From the sequence record PP434429: 64,000 bases of DNA; one strand, 5' to 3'. Position 1 is the first letter of the stretch, and each line of letters opens with the position of its first letter. A program made the translations under genes and the position numbers. Shown piece by piece: positions 10,191 through 19,119 of the stretch. A model generated the notes under the pieces. It saw nothing but the letters and a program-made list of their open reading frames with translations, ran no database searches and was not told where the DNA came from. The DNA comes from Escherichia phage LH01.

Positions 10191-10519
10191 TTTACCGCCT
10201 TAACAATTTTCAGGTCAACGAATTTTTTCTTACGTTGGTTTTTCATACGACGGATAGTCTTTTCAGAGATTTCATGTTTCTGATAAGCTTTAGATTCAAC
10301 ACCAAATGCAGCAACGTCAAATTCAGAAAGAATATATTGCACTAGAATTTCACGAATAGAATTACGTCCAATTTTCTGGTTGTGTTTTTGCATGATTTCA
10401 TAAAGACGGAATTCCCACGCGTCAAGAACTTGAGGAGTAACAATATTGCCGGATTCCAGAAGAGCAACAACTTTATCGAAAGCGAAAGAATTAACTACGT
10501 TTTTGATTTTAGTAGACAT
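10187..10519 (-). CDS. Hypothetical protein
   Basis: Start moved to MSTKIKN (GAGGAAA SD); ORF-track start at 10567 lacks an RBS. Confidence 0.5.
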   Translation of the reverse strand: MSTKIKNVVNSFAFDKVVALLESGNIVTPQVLDAWEFRLYEIMQKHNQKIGRNSIREILVQYILSEFDVAAFGVESKAYQKHEISEKTIRRMKNQRKKKFVDLKIVKAVK

Positions 10520-10585
10520 ATTATTTTCCTCGGTTATTTTATTATCCAACGAGAGAATTATACTCATCTCTCAAGAGTTTGTATA

Positions 10586-10825
10586 TTATTTTTTAAGCAT
10601 GAAAAGTAAGTAATTTGTATCACGTGGAGTAATATCAACACCCATATCAAAGATGCCTTTATAGATTGGGTATTTGTTTTCGGTTGTATCGAAGCTGAAA
10701 CTATTTCCATCACAACTAACAGTAATAGCATCTGTTAAAATGTCATACTCAATCCTAACAATTGAATTCCCAATTTTAACGTCGAGGTGTTTTTTGAATT
10801 TGATAAAATCTAATTCTTGGGCCAT
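10586..10825 (-). CDS. Hypothetical protein
   Basis: 79-aa ORF preceded by a promoter-like palindromic cassette at ~10845-10880. Confidence 0.5.
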   Translation of the reverse strand: MAQELDFIKFKKHLDVKIGNSIVRIEYDILTDAITVSCDGNSFSFDTTENKYPIYKGIFDMGVDITPRDTNYLLFMLKK

Positions 10826-10888
10826 GATATTTTCCTCATTTTAAGACGATAGGAAGATAATAACATGTCTTCCTATCGTTGTACATTA

Positions 10889-11101
10889 TTAACCGAACTT
10901 TTTAGCGCCTTTCCAGCCTTCGTACATAGCTGCACAAGTCAATAGTACAGCGTGCTGGCATTCTTTGTATTTGTAAATCCAGAACCAGCGTAAAAAGTCT
11001 TCATCCTCAACACCATTGAGTTTCATGTTGGCAAAGAATTCGGCACGTTCTTCACGAAGTTGCCATGACACAATATTTTCAGGATTCATTTTGTGTTCCA
11101 C
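10889..11101 (-). CDS. Hypothetical protein
   Basis: 70-aa ORF, co-oriented. Confidence 0.5.
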   Translation of the reverse strand: MEHKMNPENIVSWQLREERAEFFANMKLNGVEDEDFLRWFWIYKYKECQHAVLLTCAAMYEGWKGAKKFG

Positions 11102-11220
11102 GCCCCATTTTCATCGATGAACTTAATCCAGTCATTTACAGACCATTTAGTTGTATCACCCTTTGGATTAACATTTAAAGTATATAATCCCTGCTTAAAA
11201 AGCATTCGTTTGATATTCAT
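11086..11220 (-). CDS. Hypothetical small protein (~44 aa)
   Basis: Internal Met of ORF-track ORF 11086..11313 chosen because it has a GAGGAAA SD and avoids overlap with the upstream gene. Confidence 0.3.
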   Translation of the reverse strand: MNIKRMLFKQGLYTLNVNPKGDTTKWSVNDWIKFIDENGAWNTK

Positions 11221-11227
11221 AATTTCC

Positions 11228-11521
11228 TCAACTGTAACGATAACATTCGTTAGCTTTACGTTTGGCTTCAGTATGAGAAGTATTATAATCATACTCTTCT
11301 TTACTGTAAACATCTTTTTTCAACTTACGAACTTCTTTGCGGAGTTGTCGATTCATTTCATTCTTGACTTCAGAATCAACTCCTTTCATACGTTTCCATT
11401 TATCTGAGCGGAAAATGTTTTCAACCATGTCTTTGTGGCTAACACCGTCAGGAGCTTTACGCTTACCAAAATAGTCATAATCGCGAACTTTCAAATCTTT
11501 ACGACGATATGTTTTACCCAT
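11228..11521 (-). CDS. Hypothetical basic protein (Lys/Arg-rich)
   Basis: Start moved to MGKTYRRKDLK; strongly basic composition suggests nucleic-acid binding. Confidence 0.5.
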   Translation of the reverse strand: MGKTYRRKDLKVRDYDYFGKRKAPDGVSHKDMVENIFRSDKWKRMKGVDSEVKNEMNRQLRKEVRKLKKDVYSKEEYDYNTSHTEAKRKANECYRYS

Positions 11522-11528
11522 AAGTACC

Positions 11529-11777
11529 TCAGAGGTTGATTGATACAATGCGTTTGATAAAATTCACTTCACTTACTGAAAGGTCTTTAAGACCGATTGA
11601 TTCTAAACGCTGAGTAAGCGTCAACATCGGGATATAATCCCAATGAGTTTTATTTGCTTGATAAGTACGAACGCCATTAGCAATTTCAACATGCAAATCT
11701 GAAATGGTAACGAATACCAGACGCTCATCATTAACTTTAAGGGTTAGAACAACTTTCTTTGAATCTAAACTAATCAT
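11529..11777 (-). CDS. Hypothetical protein
   Basis: 82-aa ORF, co-oriented. Confidence 0.5.
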   Translation of the reverse strand: MISLDSKKVVLTLKVNDERLVFVTISDLHVEIANGVRTYQANKTHWDYIPMLTLTQRLESIGLKDLSVSEVNFIKRIVSINL

Positions 11778-11956
11778 AGTTTAATTTCCTTCGCGATTGA
11801 ACAGAAGATACCACGGTCACAAAGCATTTCACCAATTTCTGGATATTTGATTGAACGATACCAAACATCCAGGCTTGAAATTCTGGTTATCCGTACTGCA
11901 TTACCATTGACAGAATAATACTGGTCAACCTTAATTTCTTTATCTTCAATTTTCAT
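11774..11956 (-). CDS. Hypothetical small protein
   Basis: Start moved to MKIEDKEIK (GAGGAAA SD). Confidence 0.45.
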   Translation of the reverse strand: MKIEDKEIKVDQYYSVNGNAVRITRISSLDVWYRSIKYPEIGEMLCDRGIFCSIAKEIKL

Positions 11957-12118
11957 TTTGTTTTCCTCTATAGCAGATGGTTTAATCTTAACACATCTAT
12001 TGAGGATGTAAACTGTTTTATGAAAATATTTTCGATTTGAGAGGGGCACAAGGAGATAGTGAAGTGAAGATTCTAATGGATTATATTAGAAATAGGATAA
12101 AGAAGACCAGGCACCTGG

Positions 12119-12442
12119 TCAATCTTCTATGATATCAGAGTCGTATCCTAATGAAATCAAGGACTTTTTAAACTCTGCAATATTCTTTTGTTTCTTATCA
12201 TTTAAAAATATGACAGGATAACGAATATTAAGTGAAGTGAATCCTGCACGTTTAGCAAGAGATACGATTAAAGGACGATCATATTCAATCTTACCATTAT
12301 TAGTGAGGACTTTATAAAATGTATAAGGAGCATTGAGCTCCTTTAAAAGTTTTGTAACAGTATAACATCCTGGACAACGTCCAACTTCTTCAGGGATGCC
12401 ATAAATTTCAATCTTGTTCTTTAAGTTCGAGTTTTGTTCCAC
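12119..12442 (-). CDS. nrdH: Glutaredoxin/NrdH-like redoxin (proposed GTG start)
   Basis: Contains a CPGC thiol motif in a glutaredoxin-like context (KIEIYGIPEEVGRCPGCYTVTKLL); the only RBS-backed start is a GTG after AAGGAA. Position before nrdG matches T4 nrdH. Confidence 0.5.
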   Translation of the reverse strand: MEQNSNLKNKIEIYGIPEEVGRCPGCYTVTKLLKELNAPYTFYKVLTNNGKIEYDRPLIVSLAKRAGFTSLNIRYPVIFLNDKKQKNIAEFKKSLISLGYDSDIIED

Positions 12443-12725
12443 GAGAAATAATTCCTTGATAAGCCCAATAAGGAGGATTAACAGAATCCTCACCAGAGTT
12501 TTCTTCAGGAAAATAAACCTGGATAACAAATCCGGATGCATCAAATGTAAAATAAACTGTAGGCAGTTCACCTAACAATTCGGCACGAGCATTAATTTCT
12601 TCGAGATCTCGTTCACGTCCAGCCCAAAAACTAGGATTTAGATTACATTCGTAAAAATAATAGTCATTACCGAACATATCAAACCCCTTCCAACTCTCTA
12701 CCACATACCGCTCAAAACTAATCAT
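12408..12725 (-). CDS. Hypothetical protein
   Basis: 105-aa ORF, co-oriented. Confidence 0.5.
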   Translation of the reverse strand: MISFERYVVESWKGFDMFGNDYYFYECNLNPSFWAGRERDLEEINARAELLGELPTVYFTFDASGFVIQVYFPEENSGEDSVNPPYWAYQGIISRGTKLELKEQD

Positions 12726-12727
12726 AA

Positions 12728-12943
12728 TTAAGCCTTTTTATCAAGAACAGAATTCAGTTTGTTAGTAATTTTATCCAGACGCTCATTGAACTCATTAGAA
12801 GATAAGCCCTTTTCTGGAGAAATTAAACTAATCACGAAAAATACACCAGTAAAAGGAATAAGAAAAATAGCTCCAACTGCCATAAACAGAAAGAATGTTA
12901 CAGTTGTAAGAAAATCAGCTAAACCTTTACGAAATTTATACAT
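12728..12943 (-). CDS. Small membrane protein (one transmembrane helix)
   Basis: 71 aa; hydrophobic segment TVTFFLFMAVGAIFLIPFTGVFFVISLI. Confidence 0.5.
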   Translation of the reverse strand: MYKFRKGLADFLTTVTFFLFMAVGAIFLIPFTGVFFVISLISPEKGLSSNEFNERLDKITNKLNSVLDKKA

Positions 12944-13050
12944 ATTTACCCTTAATTAACCAAGCGTTGATAAGCAAACCATATTGCGAATAAAATTCTG
13001 GACCAAAATGAAAAATCATATCATTTATAGTATCCATAATGTAATTCAAT

Positions 13051-13521
13051 TTAATCATGTTTCCACACCCCATCGGTATTTGACCAAAGTCGCTGATTAT
13101 CTGATCCTCGCCACAACTTTTTGGTCGGAAGATTTTTCTCATACTTCCCATCAATAATAACATCAACATATTTAAGCATTTCTAGCTGTTTAATATCTTC
13201 AAACTTATATCCTGTCCACAACCAAATGCTTTTATTGGGATAAAGATTTTTAATAGTTTGAACTACAGAGCGAATAACATCTCGGTTATCAGGATAGAGA
13301 GGGTCTCCTCCGGTTATAGTTAATCCTTCTATATAATCATTATTCAAGCATTCAATTAATTGTTCTAGTGTCTCTCCAGTGAATGGAATACCATTTCTAG
13401 CGTTCCATGTTGATTTATTATAACACCCTTCACATTTATGCAAACAACCTGTAACGAAAAGAACGACCCTGCAACCAGGGCCATTCACAAAATCGCAAGG
13501 ATAAAATCTATCATAATTCAT
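13051..13521 (-). CDS. nrdG: Anaerobic ribonucleotide reductase activating protein NrdG (radical SAM)
   Basis: 156 aa; Cys-rich N-terminus (GCLHKCEGCYNKSTWN) and strong similarity to T4 NrdG; 4-nt overlap with nrdD. Confidence 0.9.
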   Translation of the reverse strand: MNYDRFYPCDFVNGPGCRVVLFVTGCLHKCEGCYNKSTWNARNGIPFTGETLEQLIECLNNDYIEGLTITGGDPLYPDNRDVIRSVVQTIKNLYPNKSIWLWTGYKFEDIKQLEMLKYVDVIIDGKYEKNLPTKKLWRGSDNQRLWSNTDGVWKHD

Positions 13522-15335
13522 TGGTGTTTAACTCTATGCATGATTTCTTTATTTTTACCGAGATTAAATCCGCGTTCGTTCGGATTTCCCAAATAACCGC
13601 ATGTTCTTCTTATGGTGTTCATCTTTTTAGGATCAGTTTCTCCGCAAACTGAACAAACAAATCCGTTTTCAGTAGGAGTCATTTCATGAGTACTTCCACA
13701 TGTAAAACATTTATCTACTGGCATATTAACACCAAAATAATCTAAATGTTGTGCAGCATAATCCCAGACAGCCTCAAGTCCCTTTAAATTGTTTTTCATA
13801 TCTGGAAGTTCAACATAAGAAATGTGACCACCTGTCGCAATGAAATGATATGGCGCTTCACGAGAAATCTTTTCAAACGGAGTAATATTTTCTTCTACTG
13901 AAACGTGGAAACTATTAGTGTACCAGCCTTTATCGGTAACATCTTTTACGCTTCCATATTTTTCTGTATCAAGTTTACAGAAACGATAACACAAGTTTTC
14001 AGCAGGAGTAGAATATAAACTAAAAGCAAATCCAGTTCTTTCGGTCCACTGTTTAAGATGAGCATTCATTTTAGTTAAAATTTCTTGCCCAATATCACGA
14101 CCGACAAGAATATTCAATTCGTGAATACCAATGTATCCCAAAGACACTGAACTTCTACCGTTTTTAAATAACTCAATTATGTCGTCATCAGGTTTAAGAC
14201 GGGCCCCGAATGCACCTTCTTGGTAAAGAATAGGAGCAACAGTCGCTTTAACTCCTTTTAAGGAACTAATTCTACACATCAAAGCTTCAAAACACAGGTC
14301 CATTCGTTCGTTAAATAGCTCAACAAATTTCTGTTCATTGAACTGTGTTCCAATATAAGAATCTAACGCAATACGAGGAAGATTCAGTGTTACAACACCA
14401 AGATTATTACGTCCATCAAGAATTTCATTACCAGTCGAATCTTTCCATACGCTCAAGAAACTACGGCAACCCATCGGAGAAACAGGAACTGAAGAACCGG
14501 TAATAGCTTTATTATTCTTAACCGAAATAATGTCAGGATACATTCTTTTGCTTGCACATTCTAACGCAAGTTGTTTAATATCATAGTTTGGATCATCTTT
14601 ATAAAGATTAACACCTTCTTCAACAAACATAACAAGTTTAGGAAAAATAGGAGTTATCCCATCACGTCCAAGACCTTTAATACGATTTTTCAGAATTGCT
14701 TTCTGAATCATTCGTTCAGTCCAGTCAGTTCCCGTACCAAATGTAATTGTTACAAAAGGCGTTTGCCCGTTTGAACTAAAGAGAGTATTTACTTCATATT
14801 CGTAAGCTTGGAATGCGTCATAGACATCTTTTTCTGTTTTAGATTGAGCATAATTCAACGCATCAGTGATTTGCCATTTTTCTGCATCCTCAATATGTTT
14901 TGCATAGGTGCGTTTAACATAAGGAGAAAGTACTTTATCTACATTAGCAAAAGTCGTTCCGCCGTATTGATGGGAAGCAACTTGTGCAGTAATTTGTGCC
15001 ATAATTGCAGTAGCAACACCAATCGATTTAGGCGTTTCAATTTGAGCATTGCCTAATTTAAATCCGTTCTCAAGCATCCCCTTTAAATCGACTAAACAGC
15101 AATTAGTAAATGGAAGAGCAGGGGAATAATCAATATCGTGGAAATGGATAATTCCGCTTTCATGTGCTTTCATAATAAAAGACGGGACCATATTTTTGGC
15201 AATGTGTTTAGACACAATACCGGCCATAAGGTCCCGTTGAGTTGGAAAAACACGAGAATCTTTATTAGCATTCTCGTTTAAAAGGTCTTTATTAGTTTTA
15301 TGAATCAATCCTTCAATTTCTTTTTCAATTGTCAT
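13518..15335 (-). CDS. nrdD: Anaerobic ribonucleoside-triphosphate reductase NrdD (uninterrupted, no intron)
   Basis: 605 aa, same length as T4 NrdD; C-terminal Zn-ribbon cysteines (CFTCG...CSVCG) and glycyl-radical motif TCGYLGN; single continuous ORF. Confidence 0.95.
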   Translation of the reverse strand: MTIEKEIEGLIHKTNKDLLNENANKDSRVFPTQRDLMAGIVSKHIAKNMVPSFIMKAHESGIIHFHDIDYSPALPFTNCCLVDLKGMLENGFKLGNAQIETPKSIGVATAIMAQITAQVASHQYGGTTFANVDKVLSPYVKRTYAKHIEDAEKWQITDALNYAQSKTEKDVYDAFQAYEYEVNTLFSSNGQTPFVTITFGTGTDWTERMIQKAILKNRIKGLGRDGITPIFPKLVMFVEEGVNLYKDDPNYDIKQLALECASKRMYPDIISVKNNKAITGSSVPVSPMGCRSFLSVWKDSTGNEILDGRNNLGVVTLNLPRIALDSYIGTQFNEQKFVELFNERMDLCFEALMCRISSLKGVKATVAPILYQEGAFGARLKPDDDIIELFKNGRSSVSLGYIGIHELNILVGRDIGQEILTKMNAHLKQWTERTGFAFSLYSTPAENLCYRFCKLDTEKYGSVKDVTDKGWYTNSFHVSVEENITPFEKISREAPYHFIATGGHISYVELPDMKNNLKGLEAVWDYAAQHLDYFGVNMPVDKCFTCGSTHEMTPTENGFVCSVCGETDPKKMNTIRRTCGYLGNPNERGFNLGKNKEIMHRVKHQ

Positions 15336-15805
15336 TTTAAACTCTTTTTAAGCTGCTTTTTGAATGAAGCTATTAATTGTGTTTTAGTATCAGATTTATT
15401 ATATTCAAATCCTCTTTGAAGCATCTCAGCCATCATTTCCTCTTTACCTAGTCTTGAGAACTCTTTAGTTTTGTCTGGAACAAAATTAGGATGGATATTA
15501 TTATCAGAATAATCTTGTTTCAAATAAGCAAGAAGAGCTTCAAGCCATTCGAGGTAATCAACGTTTTGACCTTTAAGACCAGAACGGTTGAACTTATGCT
15601 TCATTTGACCTTCTGCTGCATTGCACAGATTACAGAGTAATCCACGAACTCTACCGGCTTTTGGCCCGTTTAATTCATGGTCGTGGTCAAGATGGTTACC
15701 TTGAACATCAGGGTCTAATTCACGGTGGCAAATAGGACACTTACCGTTCTGTGCATCATAAAATTTTTGTTTTTCTTCTTTGTATTTTGCGCCTGATAAT
15801 AACAT
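15332..15805 (-). CDS. 49: Endonuclease VII gp49 (Holliday junction resolvase)
   Basis: 157 aa; near-identical to T4 endo VII (KYKEEKQKFYDAQNGKC.IC.REL.PDVQ.NHLDHDHELNGPKAG.VRGLLCNLCNAAEGQMKHKFNRSGLKGQ). Confidence 0.9.
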   Translation of the reverse strand: MLLSGAKYKEEKQKFYDAQNGKCPICHRELDPDVQGNHLDHDHELNGPKAGRVRGLLCNLCNAAEGQMKHKFNRSGLKGQNVDYLEWLEALLAYLKQDYSDNNIHPNFVPDKTKEFSRLGKEEMMAEMLQRGFEYNKSDTKTQLIASFKKQLKKSLK

Positions 15806-15847
15806 GATAAACCCTTACCTTAAATAGATAAGGGTATTTATAATTTA

Positions 15848-16024
15848 GTAAACGTTATAAAAGTCTCGATGGAAACGCTTATACTGACGAATCATTCTTT
15901 TAGTAGGACGAGTTTCTGAAATAATTGAAGTCCTCATATTTGGATTGTTTGGGGCCCCAATCATAATAAATTTCCAAGATTTTTGACCGTTTGTTCTTTC
16001 GCCAAAAAATAATGCAGTTTTCAT
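15848..16024 (-). CDS. Small hypothetical protein (~59 aa), not in ORF track
   Basis: Hand translation MKTALFFGERTNGQKSWKFIMIGAPNNPNMRTSIISETRPTKRMIRQYKRFHRDFYNVY; fills the gap after gene 49. Confidence 0.3.
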
Positions 16025-16033
16025 AATAAGCCC

Positions 16034-16447
16034 TTAACTTAAACGTCTTTCTAAATATTCAATGTATTCCGCTGCGGCTTGCATCAGATTACCTTCATAA
16101 CCGTCATTATTTTCTTGACCGGCTAATTTAGCTAAAGCATAAGAAATACGTTCACCTTCGAATTCGCCAAGTCCACCATCACAAACTACCTGGTCAATTT
16201 CTTCGAGTTCATCTATTGAATGGGATTCCCAGAAGCACCAAAGAGAAGTATCACGGTCATAGATGCAAAGTTTCTCACCTGTGTTCAACATCACTTCGAT
16301 AATGCCATGGTCGCCATAACCATCTTCGGTAGTAGTACCAATTACCTTGATGATTGTTCCTTTCTTTAATTCAGGAAACTTGACTTGTAGTTCTTCATCT
16401 TCTTTAACAATCTTGAACCATTTACCGCGAGTTTCAGAAATATTCAT
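16034..16447 (-). CDS. Hypothetical acidic protein
   Basis: Start moved to MNISETRGKWFKIVKEDEELQ (internal Met of ORF 16034..16585); the upstream part of the track ORF is a hydrophobic read-through of the neighbouring gene. Confidence 0.45.
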   Translation of the reverse strand: MNISETRGKWFKIVKEDEELQVKFPELKKGTIIKVIGTTTEDGYGDHGIIEVMLNTGEKLCIYDRDTSLWCFWESHSIDELEEIDQVVCDGGLGEFEGERISYALAKLAGQENNDGYEGNLMQAAAEYIEYLERRLS

Positions 16448-16448
16448 A

Positions 16449-16619
16449 TCAATATTCTCTATAAAAGTTACGATGAGAACGTTTAGCTTTGCGAAGCTGA
16501 CGTTTAGTAGGACGAACTGTAAATGGTTGTCCAGAGAAAAAATTAGGATCGGTTTTAATAAGCAAATACCAATCATGCTTGTCATTTTTTAATAAACGGT
16601 ACAATAATTTAACTTGCAT
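16449..16619 (-). CDS. Small basic hypothetical protein
   Basis: ORF-track start is a TTG; a downstream ATG (MQVKLLYRLLKND...) with a purine-rich SD is more plausible. Confidence 0.4.
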   Translation of the reverse strand: MQVKLLYRLLKNDKHDWYLLIKTDPNFFSGQPFTVRPTKRQLRKAKRSHRNFYREY

Positions 16620-16920
16620 AATAATCTCTTCCCATTTCCATATCAATTAATTCATTTATTGAAGGTTCATCATAACACGTTTCTTCGTCGTTGTAAACTG
16701 TTTCAACGTCTGGCTCGACAGTCTCCCATCGAGCGACATACCATGGCTTAACCGCGGAGCTTATTGAGCTCTTCATAATCAACCCAGGATTCTAGCCCAG
16801 ATGGCAAATCAGATTCAATTTCCCAAAGAAGCTCTTCAATTTTCTGAAGACGATCTAATTCTTCAACAGGAATAGTAACCATTGATGGAGCTCTTGCTGC
16901 ACTAATATCGTAAATCATAT

Positions 16921-17136
16921 TTACCCCAGTTTAACCATGCAATCGCCGTATTTCCATTTAGAAATAGACTTTTCGCCATTAGAATAATAAACTTCGAGTT
17001 TAGCACGATTATTTTTAATTTGAATAACCTTGGATGTCATCAAAGTTCCATACCCATAGTAAACTGCAACTTCATCACCTACATATACCGCGTTTCCACG
17101 GTAGTCGTGGATATAATCAGTTCCTTCAAGCATCAT
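16921..17136 (-). CDS. Hypothetical protein
   Basis: 71-aa ORF; 4-nt overlap with nrdC start region. Confidence 0.5.
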   Translation of the reverse strand: MMLEGTDYIHDYRGNAVYVGDEVAVYYGYGTLMTSKVIQIKNNRAKLEVYYSNGEKSISKWKYGDCMVKLG

Positions 17137-17396
17137 TTAAAATATTCTCGCAGTTGATCAAATCCACCAATGTGACTTCCGTCAGGAGCAAACACTTGAG
17201 GCATAGTCAATCCAACTTGTGATTCGCGTCCAAGCTTAACAAGAAGCTCAGTAATTTTCTCATCGTCGAACACACCTTTTTCTGGCATAACATTAATGAA
17301 TTCGAATGGCTGTTTCTTAACAGTCAGCAATCGTTTCGCATTATCACAATAAATGCATTTATGAATAGTAGAGTCATACCCGTACACTTTAAACAT
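17133..17396 (-). CDS. nrdC: Thioredoxin/glutaredoxin NrdC
   Basis: Start at MFKVYGYDSTIHKCIYCDNAKRLLTVKKQPFEFINVMPEKGVFDDEKI... with AAGGAA SD; near-identical to T4 NrdC including the CxxC active site. Confidence 0.85.
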   Translation of the reverse strand: MFKVYGYDSTIHKCIYCDNAKRLLTVKKQPFEFINVMPEKGVFDDEKITELLVKLGRESQVGLTMPQVFAPDGSHIGGFDQLREYFK

Positions 17397-17802
17397 TATT
17401 TTTCCTTTCATCGATTAAATATGCAACGCCAAATACAATACATGTAATAAAACCTGTGATACAGATAGAAACCAACAACACTGTACCAAAGAACCAAATC
17501 AGGTTATCTTTAGTAGTTTGTTTTATATCCATCTCACGAATTTCTATAGCTATAGTATCACCTTTATTCAGAAGCGTATAAAACGACGGTGATACATGCC
17601 TGTCAAAAACTCGTCCTTGCTCATCTTTATAGATGGCAATAAATTCTAATTTAGAATATTTTCCTGTAGATTGACCTGAGATTAATTCCACTACCTCCAC
17701 AGGAATTACTTTAGTTTCCATGTAAGTATTTTGACTGTTCCAAATGAATGGAATAATAGCAAAAACTAAAGCTGCGATAAAACAACGAAGGCTATATCTC
17801 AT
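17389..17802 (-). CDS. Membrane protein (N-terminal and C-terminal transmembrane segments)
   Basis: 137 aa; hydrophobic stretches CFIAALVFAIIPFIW and LIWFFGTVLLVSICITGFITCIVFGVAYLI. Confidence 0.55.
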   Translation of the reverse strand: MRYSLRCFIAALVFAIIPFIWNSQNTYMETKVIPVEVVELISGQSTGKYSKLEFIAIYKDEQGRVFDRHVSPSFYTLLNKGDTIAIEIREMDIKQTTKDNLIWFFGTVLLVSICITGFITCIVFGVAYLIDERKNNV

Positions 17803-18107
17803 TATAATGTTCTCTCAAATTTGTGGAAGCATTTACGGCATTTCAATTTCAAGTTATCACTGGTCCAGTTAACCAGTTGGACTTGGATAGTTCCACATTC
17901 CGGACATGGATGTTTTGCTGCCGATTTGGCAGCATTTTCACGTCGTTCAACCATTTTCATTATTTCGTTCCATGCTGGAGGAACGAACTCTTCTTCACCA
18001 TGAATTTTATCTCGCTGAACAAATTCAATCTTTGAACTATCATCAATAAACTTAACCAAGCCATGATTAGTGCTCATATCAATATCCTCTAGAAGACGTA
18101 GGTTCAT
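17802..18107 (-). CDS. Hypothetical protein with C-terminal Zn-ribbon-like CPEC...CRKC
   Basis: 101 aa; paired CxxC motifs about 20 residues apart. Confidence 0.5.
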   Translation of the reverse strand: MNLRLLEDIDMSTNHGLVKFIDDSSKIEFVQRDKIHGEEEFVPPAWNEIMKMVERRENAAKSAAKHPCPECGTIQVQLVNWTSDNLKLKCRKCFHKFERTL

Positions 18108-19057
18108 TATAACACCTCAATGGCATTTCGTAAACCGTCCGCTTTCGCATTCAGAGCTTTTAACGATTTAGTTTGTTCTGCAATCTGGGCTTCGACTTCT
18201 TTCAGACGAGATTTGAGGTACTCACGTTCTTCAGCCATGATATCAACCTTTTCTGCTTTAGGTTCTTTAATAAGCTTAGGTTTATACGTATTAGGGTTCT
18301 TCAGCTTAATTCGGGTACGAGAACTGTATAACATTGAACCGTTATCTTCGGATTCGTCGAACGTTTCAACAACATCCATAGTCTCTAACAATGTAATAAG
18401 TTTATAAGACAATGAACGAACGGTTTTGTTGTGCTTATTAATTTCTTCGGCTTTCATAGTACCGAGATTACGTGAGTAGTAATAAGGAACCTGGATATCA
18501 ATTGATAATGATGCGTTACCATTACCTGTTGGTTTGAATACTGCAGTAACCCAATCTTTAACATGAACTTTATTTGTACGACCATCACCGCCAGTGAATA
18601 ATTTACGAGAATGTTTAAAAAGCATATTCACTTGGTTATTGAATTCACAAGCAAATTTATCAGCAAATTTAGTTTCAGGAATGGTAGATAACCAATCAGC
18701 CAAATGAGCCTTTTTAACATCATTAACAATAGTGAATTCAACCAAATCGGTTTTAGATGTCACAGATTTAATAAAGCTCGGCTTCATAAAGTTTTTAATA
18801 TTATCGCGAGCTACAGTAGAAGATAATAAACGAGAACGTTTGAACCATTGAAGCAGTGTCCCTAATGAATGAGAATACGCATTCTGAGTATCTTTACAGA
18901 TATGATTTTCTTGGCCTGTGTATGTACCAAAATCGCGAAGAATACCACTTACTACATCTCGGTGTGGAACATCAAATCCTAGTGCACCAGAAGCACGTTG
19001 GGCATGAACGTTAGCGATAAGACCTGCAAAGTATTCAATGTAATGTGAACGTGTCAT
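18107..19057 (-). CDS. Hypothetical 316-aa protein with C-terminal coiled coil
   Basis: Long ORF, no recognised catalytic motif; the C-terminal ~60 aa are heptad-like (EEREYLKSRLKEVEAQIAEQTKSLKALNAKADGLRNAIEVL). Confidence 0.6.
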   Translation of the reverse strand: MTRSHYIEYFAGLIANVHAQRASGALGFDVPHRDVVSGILRDFGTYTGQENHICKDTQNAYSHSLGTLLQWFKRSRLLSSTVARDNIKNFMKPSFIKSVTSKTDLVEFTIVNDVKKAHLADWLSTIPETKFADKFACEFNNQVNMLFKHSRKLFTGGDGRTNKVHVKDWVTAVFKPTGNGNASLSIDIQVPYYYSRNLGTMKAEEINKHNKTVRSLSYKLITLLETMDVVETFDESEDNGSMLYSSRTRIKLKNPNTYKPKLIKEPKAEKVDIMAEEREYLKSRLKEVEAQIAEQTKSLKALNAKADGLRNAIEVL

Positions 19058-19119
19058 AATATTTTCCTCTCGTTAAGATAGATTCATTATACTCCAACCA
19101 TCCTTGGTTGTAAACTATT

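Noticed and set aside
12936-13169. ORF-track ORF overlapping the 3' end of nrdG
   Set aside because: Most of it overlaps nrdG in another frame; at best a ~40-aa tail is independent, so it was not called.
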